Origin: Azolla caroliniana
Lineage: Eukaryota; Plantae; Polypodiophyta
DNA length: 64,000 nt
Direction of reading: 5' to 3'
NCBI GenBank assembly: GCA_043228905.1
Contig: JBHGNT010000008.1
Coordinates: forward strand, 10,540,001-10,604,000
The position numbers and the translations under genes were made by a program. Below are positions 12,401-23,936 of the stretch, piece by piece. The notes below the pieces were generated by a model, which worked only from the letters and a program-made list of their open reading frames with translations, was not told where the DNA came from and made no database searches. The stretch's first letter is position 1; every line of letters starts with the position of its first letter.

Positions 12401-14829
12401 CCGTACAACGCCTGATGCGGCACACAAGGACTTCCCGACCTAGGAACAAGCAGCAAGCAGAGTTATGTACTGCTTTGCGTCCAGTGTAGGCATCAACTGC
12501 TTAGCAATATCCGGGACACCAAGGCGCCAAAGGAAGCATGGGGAAACTTCAAAAAGGTCTTCACCGCAAGCACCACGGCCCAGAAGCGGCAACTCCGACA
12601 AGAATTGAGCAATGTCCGATAGAAGGACATGTCGATGGCCGATTATACGGCCCGGATCAAAAACATCTGCAATTCACTTGCCTCTATCAACGTGACTGTT
12701 GAGGAAAATGAGATGGTACAGGTTTGTCTCCGGGGCCTGGCGTCAAAGTTCGGAGCATTCCGGACGGCGGTCTGTACAAGGGAGAATACACCCTCATTTT
12801 TCGACTTACAATCAATGCTCCCAGTAGAGGAGAACGACGACAAGATATTGTACACGGAGGCGGATCAACCCCGTGGTCATGGTGGATGAGGCGGATTGGC
12901 ACACGGTTGAAGTGGCTGACAAGAACAACATCGAAGGCACAATGATGGTGCCGACAACAATTCTGGACCCTCCGGAAGCAGGGGGAGTCAAAGTGGAGCC
13001 GGAAACCGGCAAGACAAGACCGTAGCATAGGGTTCCATTCCCCAACGAGAAGAATTGGAGCCGGAATCTTCTTGATCTCATCCACTCGGATGTGTGAGGA
13101 CCGGCACAAAACGTGAGCATCGGTGGGAGTCGGTATTTCATGTCCTTCATCGATGATTTCACCCGACACACTTGGATCTATCTAATCGAGAAGAAAAGTG
13201 AAGTCTTCTCGTGTTTTTGGGATTTGAAGAACCTTGTGGAACGTGAGACTAGAAAAAGATCAAGTGTTTGAGATCGGATGGTGGAAAAGAATACTTTTCC
13301 GGCCAGTTCACGAGCTATTTGTAGACGAAGGGAATGTGACGGGAATTCTCTTGCCGATATACACCGGAGCAGAACGACGCGGCCGAGCGTCGTAACAGGA
13401 CGCTCGTAGAAGCGGCAAGGGTGATGCTTGAGGAGAAAAGTATGCCCAAATTTTATTAGGCCGAAGCAATTCGGACAACCGTCTACATCCAGAATTGGAT
13501 ATCGGCCTCAAGGACAAAGGTGTCGCCGCACGAGTTGTACTTTGAGCGAAAGCCGAATTTGGCACACCTTCAGGTGTTCGGTAGCCTTGCATATGTGCAT
13601 GTACCAATAGAGAAATGGAAGAAGTTAAACGCGAAGGCCGAAAAGTGCATTCTCGTCGGCTACTCGGATGAACAGAAGGGTTATAAGTGTTCGAACCCCC
13701 GATCGAAAGCAGTCCAAGTTAGCCGAGATGTGGATTTTGATGAATCAACATCTTGGTACTTCTCTCCACCCGAGCTGATTGTTGTTGATGATCCAGTGGA
13801 ATCCAGAACAAAGAGAAGTGTCGTGGAATCCGAATAGCTGGATAGTCCGACTTCTCTTTGGATGAGTGGACCGAATCCGGACTGGTTGAGGCAGAGTGGT
13901 CAACCGGATGACGAGCCGACCAATAGTGGAGACTCCGTCGCACTCTCCCCGCATAAGGAACCAAGGAGATGGTTCACGCGCAAAGAGAAGGGTAAGAAGA
14001 AGATGCTGGAGTACGACACCAACAGAGCTGAGTTGGATCGGAGCAGTTCTGACTCCGGCTCGATTGACACGGAACCTCTGAGGAAGAGGTCGAAGTTGGT
14101 TGAGAAGGCCGCAAAATCGGCGAATTGGAAATTGTGTCGATCCACCCACCAGAAGAACCCCGTGAAGAGGTACGAGTATAATGAGTGTATGGCACATCAT
14201 TATGTGTACATGACGAAAGTGGCGGTAGTGCGTGACTTGGAGAGCTACCGAGAAGCGGCTAAGGATCTGAACTGGCAGAAAGCCATAGAGGAAGAGATGC
14301 ATGCACTCACGAGAAACGAGATGTGGGATTTAGTGGACGTACCGAAAGGAGTAAAGTCGATCGGTTGCTGGTGGGGATACAAAGTCAAATACAACACCGA
14401 TAGCTCCATCAACCGGTACAAGGCCTGATTAGGGGTAAAGGTCTACGTGCAGTAGCACGTCGACTACGATGAGACATTCGCGTTGGTCGCAAAGATGACG
14501 ACCATCCGTGTCTTGCTTGCGGTGGTAGTGGCGAAGGGGAGGCATCTACCTCAAATGGATGTAAAAAACGCGTTCCTGCAAGATGATCTTGAGGAACACG
14601 TGTTTATGGTTCAGCACCCCGGATTTCAGTCTGGAGTGAACACATCGGTTGTATGTCGATTGAAGAAGTCCCTCTACAGACTCAAGTAAGCCCCGCACAC
14701 CTGGAATACGAAGATCACGGAGCGAATGCGTCAGATGGGATTTGCTCCGTCGAAATCAGACTCTTCGCTTTTCATCCGTGTCAAAGATTATGTGCGGAAG
14801 CGTCAGACAAAGCGGCCTTGCCAGATAGC

Positions 14830-14866
<37 letters not shown>

Positions 14867-16489
14867 ACACACATAGTGTACATAGGAGAGACAGAGAGAG
14901 AGCAGAACGTTTTAATCTATTACAAAACAATAATAGTTCTCTGTACATAAAACGTGCTCAGCAGCACCATTTATACAAGTCCTAAGAGGACTGACATAAG
15001 TACTATGTACTTCAATGCTCACACGAGCGTATGTGACTAACTACAAGACTATTAACTACCTAGTAGTCTAGGCTACTACTAGGCTTCGAGTTACTATTTG
15101 ATTCAGCTAACCGGCTCCCCAGCTCACCGGCTCACTTGCTCACCGTCTCACCGATCCGGCTCATCTTTCTGGATGCTGATCCGGATCCGGTTGATCTTGC
15201 CACTCAACACTCCCCCTCAAGCTCAACTTGAGGTCGGATCGTAGTGTCAGTCTCCATGGCAACCGGTCCTTCCACCTGGCTCCTTCTGGCGTCACTCCGC
15301 CTCGCTCGCGCTCCTCGTCTGGTTCGGTCCTGTTTGTCGCGACCCTTCTGTTCATGCACACCTCGACCTCCTCGGTCAGCTTATCTACTCAATAGGCCCA
15401 ATTCGGCTCCATCGTTGCTATGACTTTGGCGCTTGCCGATTCGCCGATTCCTTCGTGTTGGCGTCAACTTTCACTGCCTTCTCGTCCTCTTGGCCTTGAA
15501 TTGATCCGGTTCTTCCGAATCTGTCTGTTGAACCGAATCGGTTGTCTCTGATTCGTTCTAGCTCTTGTCTGAATCGGTCACTCCCGATTCGTCTTCCGTT
15601 TCCAAGCCCTTCACTACATCGGGCCATTTCCAGGTCTTGGCCTTCTTCTTCCAGTCAGCTCTGTCCTTCTTGACTCTACTGCCGCTACCGCTGTCGTAGT
15701 GTAGGTTGCACACTATGTGGAAATTATATTTTTGTCCCTCCGGATAGAGAATGGAGTGCTCGGTGAGAACCGGAAGAAAACGGCATACCGGCAAGGAAGA
15801 GCCGGATAAAGAGACATAAATGTAAAAGAAAAGAAATACTCACTACTACGCAGGGCGTGATTCGAACTCTGCACCTCCACGTTGACAAACCCCAACCTTA
15901 CCATTACATTAACTTATCTTAAGTGTTTTAAATATAGATTTAATACGTATAAGACCTTTATTTATGCATACCTTTATTAAAAGGTAAATCGTGTATTTTT
16001 TTAATATATGAAAAAGAAAACACGAGACACTAAAAATAACTCATGCACATCTAGCGTGCATGAGCCCTATACTTAGGAAATAAAAAAGCATCACATGCAC
16101 ATTTAGTGGACATGAACACTTTTTGTATAAAAAAAAAAGCATGAAGCCATGCTTAGCTCTTCCTTCCTTATATAAGGAGGAGAGAAATATATAAAGGGTT
16201 GTTGATTATTTGGATTATGTATTAATCAATACAAAAATTATTCGTGGGATTCACGATTTATACATCTACTTCTCTCTTAACACCCTAAGTACCAATTAAT
16301 ATAGTATACTCGTGTGATTCACGAGTTTCTTATCTTTCTCTTTGCTATTTACTCATAATTAATCTCTATCTCACGAACTTCTTTCTCCTAGTCCAAGACC
16401 TCTGTGGTTCCCACCCGACTCATGCAACGATCCGGAGCCGAAAGGCACGACACAGTTGGTGAACCCGACGTGAAGACGGGTGGCAAGGA

Positions 16490-18530
16490 GATGGAGGCTC
16501 AACAAGCTAACAATATGATGGCGATGTTCGAACGGATGCTTCAAGAACAACGCACGATGTCGGAGATTTCGGCATCAGTAGAGTGGCTCGTGCAACGCAA
16601 CGGGCAATTTAATGGTAAGGATGTGTCGCGATATTTGCAGGACTACAAGGCGGAGATGCTCCGGTGTCGGGCTTCGGAAGGACTGCAAGTGACATCCTTT
16701 AACCGGGTGGCGACCGACGGGCTTCAAGGGAGTATCCACGGGTTGCAACAACAAAATCCGACGTGGGAAGCATTCGAAGAGGCGTTAAAGACCACGTTTG
16801 CCATCGAGGACTCCTCCAAGGCAACGCGGAGGGGATTCGAGGATTGGGTGGAAACGTCAGGTAAGGGGCTGAAGGTCCTCGAAGTGTTTTCGACATTCGA
16901 AAGTCGGTTCGGGAGGTTGTCCGCGAGAGATCAAACTATTCTTGCACCGGACAAAGTCATCATGTTTTTGCGAGCTGTGGATGTCCGGGACCGGAGAGAT
17001 CTCGGAGTGCTTCTTGAGGACACGACCACCGAAAGCGGCCTCACCGAAACATGGGAAAGCGTGCGGGATATCGTCGCGCGGTACACGAAGAGGGGGCAAT
17101 GGCTTGCCAACGAAGAAAAGAGGGTTTCGGAACCGATTCCGAAACCGAGAACGGGACTGGAAGACCATCAACCGAGGGCTCGGGAGATTACGGCCGAGAA
17201 GGGAGTCGACGCGTCTACGGTGGAGCAGCTGCTGAAGGAGATGGAGAATCTAAAGATCGCGATGGTGAAGAAGTCGGATGACCGCCCCACAAGCTCCAAA
17301 TATACGGATCGACGGTGCATATGGTGCGATAGCGCCGAACACGATCGGAGGGATTGCGACGACCATAAGGAGGCGCTACGACGGGATCTCATCTACTACG
17401 AGGGAAACCGGATTCATTCGATGGACTCTCGGAAGCCACTCCGACCGAACTTCTGGAAAGGCGGCATGAAGAAGGTGCTCGAGGAGGAGTTAGCGGCAAG
17501 AAGCAACTATGCGACAACCGCGGGAATATGTGTCGGGGAGTCAACGGGAGCGAAGGCGTCTTTCTGGCCGGAGGTGCTAGGAAACACCGAGAAAACCGAC
17601 TCCAACAATATCCGAAACACCGGGGAAGGCGTCCGGGAAGCTACGGGATGGGAGTGCCCTGTCGACAAGAATAGCATATACGCCCTGTGTCAATTACATG
17701 AGGTGTATGTGGACGAGAAACGACGGCGCACGGAGGATGCGGCCGGACCATCGAAGATACCGGAAAGCTGGAACTCCGGAGGTAAGGGAAAAGAAAAGGC
17801 GACTCCGGCATTCAAGCTCGCCTCGGACATAGAACAACAAACCGACTTGAAAAGAGTGTTCGAGGAAAGAATCTTGGATAGCCGGGTAGATTTTTCGCTG
17901 CGGGAACTACTCGGAATAGCGAAGAAGGAGTTTCACGATCTTCTCGTGGATCTCGTGAAAAGGAAGAGACAAAGTACGGAGGAAAATGCTCCAAGGGTGA
18001 ATGCAAATACCGTTTCAATGAACGACACCGAAGTGGAAGGCGAAATTCCGAACTCCCACTATACAAGGCCACACTGGGCACGTGCGACTACGGAGACTCC
18101 GGTCCGAATCGGCAATATCAAAGAACCCGTGCTAGCATTGATTGATCACGGATCGGAGATCAACTTGATGTCCAAGGAGTTCTACCGAAAGGGGAAGTGG
18201 CCTATAAACACCAACCATGGATGGAAGATTCGGGCAGCCACGAAAACGACAGAAGACCTATTTGCGGCTTGTCCGGATGTGACGGTAAAGATCGGGGATG
18301 TCGAAATTGACCAAAATTTCTTTGTGCAGGATGAGGTTTCACATTCTGTCATCCTCGGCCAACCCTTTATCACGGCTTCACGGATGGAGACGAAGGTGCT
18401 CGATAGTGGTGCGGCTTTTGCGCGAATTCGGAGCCAAAACGGAGGGAAATCCGTCCAATTCCTAACTGTGCCGGCAAATCACGAAAGGAACAAGAGGGAA
18501 CTCTTGTCCCAAGTGAGAATGGATTTTTAA
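16490..18530 (+). CDS. gag: Gag-protease polyprotein of element B
   Basis: Uninterrupted frame 16404-18530 (first ATG after the PBS ~16490); CCHC knuckle CIWCDSAEHDRRDC; aspartic protease motif LIDHGSEIN. Confidence 0.92.
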
Positions 18531-21500
18531 AGCGGACTATTGCGGAGTGGGGAAGTGATAGTCCAAGAAACCCTGATACCCCACACAGGAAGAAAACTCT
18601 CGGAGCAAAACAAGTACGAATCGGCCCGGATGGGGCATCTACGTACACGGCCGTAACCGGAGGAATGAAGAAACAATACCGACAAGTGGAGGATAAGTTA
18701 CGGTCGGCATCAATAATAAAAGAAGACGAAGAAATCGTGGGAGTGATCGAGGAAGTGTTCTATGGGAATACACTACAACGGCTTGAAGAGCTTGCGGAAG
18801 ATAAAAGCCAAGGGAACCGGGTAGTCCCGGTGGAATCGGTCGAGATGTACGAGATCGTTGCGAAAATGGGGCCGGATGCGCTCCGCAAAGAAGAAGCAAT
18901 GGTAAGTACGAAATACAAGACCGTGGAGAAGAAGGTGAAACCGGCCGCGGGACCACTACCCGCCGATAGCGAACAAAAGAAGAAAGAAGTCTCGGGAGAT
19001 CCGACACTTCGGAAGTCCGTGGATATCGGACATGCCTTCACAGATGAGACCCGGAAGAAACTTCGGATCGGTGGAGGTGGGTTCCTCTTACAAGAAGAAG
19101 AAAAACGGTTTCGAGAGATGTTGGAGCAACATGGCAAAGCATTCGCGTTCACATCGAGGGAGATCGGATGCATTGATCCAAAGATAGTGGAGCCGATGGT
19201 GATTTTCACGATTGATCATGTACCGTGGAACCTGAAGCCGATTCCGGTGCCACGGGCGCATATTCCGAAAGTCATCGACTTGCTCAAGGAGAAGGTGGCG
19301 ATGGGGATTCTAGAGCCATCAAATGCTCCGTACTCAAATCGATGGTTTACGGTTCCGAAGAAGAATGGGTCACTCCGATTCATCCAAGACTTGCAACCGG
19401 TGAACAAGGTCACGATCCGGAACTCGGGAGTCGGTCCGATAGTGGACGAATTCGCGGAAGCTTTTGCCGGACGTGCGATATACTCCATCGGGGACCTACA
19501 CTCGGGGTATGACCAATTCCAACTAGCCGTGGAGAGCCGAGACATCACTACCATGCGGACACCGATAGGACTAGTTCGAATGTGCACACTACCACAAGGA
19601 GCGACAAACTCGGTTGCACATATGATGAACGCGATGAACAAGGTGCTTCGAGATTGCATCCCGGAGATAACGATGCCGTTTCTAGATGACATTCCGATGA
19701 AAGGATGCGCGGTGGAAGAAAAAGATGAGACTATGGATGATCGGGGATGCCGAAAGTTCGTGGCCGACCATATTCATGATTGCGAGAAAGTGTTGCGAAA
19801 GCTAGAAGATGTGCACCTAACACTTTCCGGGGAGAAATCAGCATTCGGGCAAGAAGAAATATTGGTGGTCGGACATCTATATGGACCCTACGGCCGAAGA
19901 CCGTCACCAACAAAGATCGATGCGATTCAAGCTATGAAGGAAGTATGTGAGTCAACATCGGAAGTCCGAAGGTTTCTGGGTGCGTGTGCATTCTATCACA
20001 TATGGATTCCGCACTATGCACATATAGCGGACCCGCTCTATCACTTGTTGCGGAAAGGTAAGAAATTCGAGTGGAAACCGGAACACACTAAAGCCATGAG
20101 GAAGCTCAAGAAGACACTATGGAGGGCGGAATCACTTAAGAAGCCAAGCTACGAGCGGCCAATCATAGTAACGGTTGATACAAGTCCAACCGGTATCGGG
20201 TGGGTCATCAATCAAGCCGACTCGGATGGTTCGCGGTATCCGATCCGATTTGGAGCAAAGGTCCTCAACGAAAGGCAACGCGGATATGCACAAGTCAAAA
20301 GAGAATTGTGGGGAGTCGTGTCGGCGATAAAATCGGATCGGGATTATTTGATCGGAGCTGAAGTGGTGATCGAGACGGATTGTCTTCCGATACTCGGGAT
20401 GATGCGGTGTTGTACGATACCGGATGTGGCTATGCTAAGGTGGATTGCATATGTCAAGTCACTTAATCCGGAGGTTCGACACATCTCGGGGAAGGACAAC
20501 GCGGTAGCGGACATGTTATCGAGGGCGCAGTTTGAAGACGACATAACCGAATCAGATAATGAAGAAGTTTCCGAAGACTACTTCACGTCAGAACACATAT
20601 GCCGAGTGAACGTGATCCGAGAATTCCGGGAAGAAGAATACGAGGGGGAAACCTTGATGATCGGGAAGATGCTACAAGAGGTCGAGGATTCAACCAATGA
20701 TAAAGAAAGGAGAGCCGAGATCCGAAGGAAGAAGAGGCAAGTCCAAAAGTTCTTCTTGGAAAACGGTTTAATATGGAGGACGCCGAAAAGACCGGATGGG
20801 ATACCACTTCGAGTAGTCGGGACAAAAGATCAACGAAACCGGATAATGTCCGAGTTCCACGAATCCGATTGGGCTGGACATCGAGGAACATGGGCAACTT
20901 TTGTGAAAATCAAGCAAAGATATTGGTGGAAGAACATGTATAAAGATGTCGCGGAGTTCACAGAAAGCTGCGAGAAATGTCAAGTCTACTCCGGGGTCCG
21001 ACACCGAGATGAGCTGCATCCGACATTCTCACCGACAATCAACTTCAAGTGGATGGTCGACATTGTAGCTATGCCGATCGGGATTGGACAAAAGAAATAC
21101 TTGGTGTTAGCTCGAGAAGATCTCACAAACCAAGTTGAAGGTCGAGCGCTTCGGAGGAAAACGTGTGCCGCGGTGTGCCAATTTCTTTTGGAAGAAGTGT
21201 TTTGTAGGTACGGCTGCGTAGGACAAGTGATTGCGGACCGGGGAGAACTCGACTCGGACAAAGCTAGGGGATTCTTCGCCAAACATGGAGTTCGGTTAAC
21301 GTTGACAACGGCCTACAATCCGGAGGCCAACGGGAAGATCGAACGAGGACATAGTCCGATCGTGAAAGCACTTGCGAAGGCATGCGACGGAAGGGTGAAG
21401 GATTGGCCACAAATGCTTCCGTATGCACTATGGGCGGATCGGACGACGCATAGCTCCGTGACCGGTTACATGCCGGCAGAACTCATGACCGGACAAGCAC

Positions 21501-22132
21501 CGGTAATGCCAACGGAAACCGCAATCGCGACATGGACAATACTACCGTGGAAGGAAGAGATGAGCCGGGAAGAACTACTAGCGGTCCGGATACGACAACT
21601 GGAGGGAAGACCAAAAGATGTAGCGGAAGCGTCACGCTGACAACAAGAAGCACGGTTCCGGAACAAAAGCCGGTTCGACACAAAGCACCGACTACGACCG
21701 AGGAGGATTGAAGAAGGAGATTGGGTGATCGTCTATGATAGTAGCTTGGACCATCAACATACAACGATGCGGAAATTCGCGAAAAGGTGGTTCGGGCCGT
21801 ACGAGGTTCGGAAGGTCTTCGACAACGGGACGTACCGACTGTCCGAGTTGGATGGAACAATACTACGAGTGCATATAGCTGGGAAGCGGGTGAAGATTTT
21901 CAAGAAGCGGACCGACGACAAACCTTATGTGATCCAAGTCGAGGCCGACAACGAGGAGCAATTGGACGAAGACCACAATGATGCGGGAAGCGAAGAAAGT
22001 GGATTACAACTCATAGTCGACATAAGGGGAGAATCGGAGGAAGCTTCGGATGAAGACGGATACGAAGAATCAAGAACTTCGGCACATACCGGAGGATGTG
22101 CGGGTTTGGGGGGGGCGAGTGTCGTAGTGTAG
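18521..22132 (+). CDS. pol: RT-RNaseH-integrase of element B, -1 frame relative to gag; premature TGA at 21638-40 in the integrase C-terminus
   Basis: 991-aa ORF 18665-21640 whose frame is open back to 18521; RT FLDD, RH DTS...E...D, INT HHCC and DDE, WFGPY tail continuing in frame after the stop (copy C has CGA there). Confidence 0.92.
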
Positions 22133-23048
22133 GTTGCACACTATGTGGAAATTATATTTTTGTCCCTCCGGATAGAGAATGGAGTGCTCGGTGAGAACCG
22201 GAAGAAAACGGCATACCGGCAAGGAAGAGCCGGATAAAGAGACATAAATGTAAAAGAAAGGAAATACTCACTACTACGCAAGGCGTGATTCGAACTCTAC
22301 ACCTCCACGTTGACAAACCCCAACCTTACCATTACATTAACTTATCTTAAGTGTTTTAAATATAGATTTAATACGTATAAGACCTTTATTTATGCATACC
22401 TTTATTAAAAGGTAAATCGTGTATTTTTTTAATATATGAAAAAGAAAACACGAGACACTAAAAATAACTCATGCACATCTAGCATGCATGAGCCCTATAC
22501 TTAGGAAATAAAAAAGCATCACATGCACATTTAGTGGACATGAACACTTTTTGTATAAAAAAAAAAGCATGAAGCCATGCTTAGCTCTTCCTTCCTTATA
22601 TAAGGAGGAGAGAAATATATAAAGGGTTGTTGATTATTTGGATTATGTATTAATCAATACAAAAATTATTCGTGGGATTCACGATTTATACATCTACTTC
22701 TCTCTTAACACCCTAAGTACCAATTAATATAGTATACTCGTGTGATTCACGAGTTTCTTATCTTTCTCTTTGCTATTTACTCATAATTAATCTCTATCTC
22801 ACGAACTTCTTTCTCCTAGTCCAAGACCTCTGTGGTTCCCACCCGACTCACGCAACGATCCGGAGCCGAAAGGCACGACACCGCTTGTTCCGACTTGTTC
22901 GATGTGTCAACTTCCTTTGTCGACTCGGCTCCTTTATTCTTCTTGTTTCTCCCATTGTCAGTTCTTCCCTCACCGGCACAATCGACAGTTTCTTTGCCTT
23001 TGCCTGTTTCGGTGTCTTTGCCTGTTCTCCCCCTCAAGTGTGGCACGT

Positions 23049-23936
23049 TGTCGTGAAGAATGTGCTTCACGATATAAAAATGAGCTTAAATGTTGTATTT
23101 AATAATATTTGAGAGACTTGAACCCACATCCTTATATACGATGTACAATGTACATACCACTAGGCTAGGCTATTTATTTGTAAAAGTGTGTAATAAATGT
23201 GCTTCATGATATAAGAATGAAGCTATATATTGTATTAAGTAAAATTGAGGGACTTGAACCCTCAACCTTGTATACCAAGCACCAAGCATACACCACTAAG
23301 CAAGGTTAGTTATTTTAGAATGCATTTTCATCATTATAATTATCTCATATCTATTTTCATACATAGCCATCATTCATCACATGCAATGCATGTGCGCCAA
23401 ATGGCGATCATGCATTACATGTAACTCATGCATTGCATGCATGCCATGCTCCCATACATTACCATATGCATGGCAACACTTATATAAAGAGGGGAAAGGG
23501 AAAACAAGGAGGAAAATCAAGAGAAAGTTAGAGAAATAAGATAATCAAAAAAACAAACAAGTTAGCTTGTTGGTGAAGAGGCTCGTGTTTCCAAGTTGGA
23601 GTCAAGAGTTCAAATCAAGGGTCGGTAGAGAAAGGGTTCATCTTGCTACCAAACATTGTAAAGTTGGTAAAATCTTGTATTCGTAATACACATCATGTTC
23701 ATATCATATACTTTTTTGTCTTAAATCATACTTTGTCTCTATCTTGCGTCTTGAATCATACATTGCCTCTATCTTTTATCTATACTAGTCTCTCTCTCAC
23801 ACATATTACTTTAAACTATTATTCTTCATATCCTTTATCTTCCTAACATTTGAGCGCAAGCCTTATAAAAGTTCCTTGAACTCCCCTTAACCTTAGTCCC
23901 TGCGACTTCGCCGCACAAACCACAACTACCCCGACA
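23049..23936 (+). mobile_element. Solo LTR F (TGTCGT...CCGACA clan), inserted at the end of E pol
   Basis: 4-bp TSD ACGT (23045-48 / 23937-40); TATATAAA at ~23481; E sequence is continuous across it. Confidence 0.9.

Larger units (their letters stand above)
15692..22880 (+). mobile_element. Full-length young Ty3/gypsy element B (same clan as A), inserted in the 3' region of E
   Basis: 761-bp LTRs 15692-16452 and 22120-22880 with only ~5 visible differences; TGTCGT...ACGACA ends; 4-bp TSD CCGC; PBS-Trp 16457-73; PPT GGGGGGGGCGAG. Confidence 0.97.

Noticed and set aside
15845-15920. Functional tRNA gene (Asp-like GTC loop) in the LTR
   Set aside because: Acceptor, anticodon and T stems do not pair; only the A/B boxes and spacing are tRNA-like
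16404-16489. Gag start inside the LTR as given by the ORF track
   Set aside because: Overlaps U5 and the PBS; the first ATG after the PBS is the more plausible start
21725-22132. Separate extra or env-like ORF after pol
   Set aside because: It is the GPY-containing integrase tail cut off by a CGA-to-TGA mutation; same frame as pol
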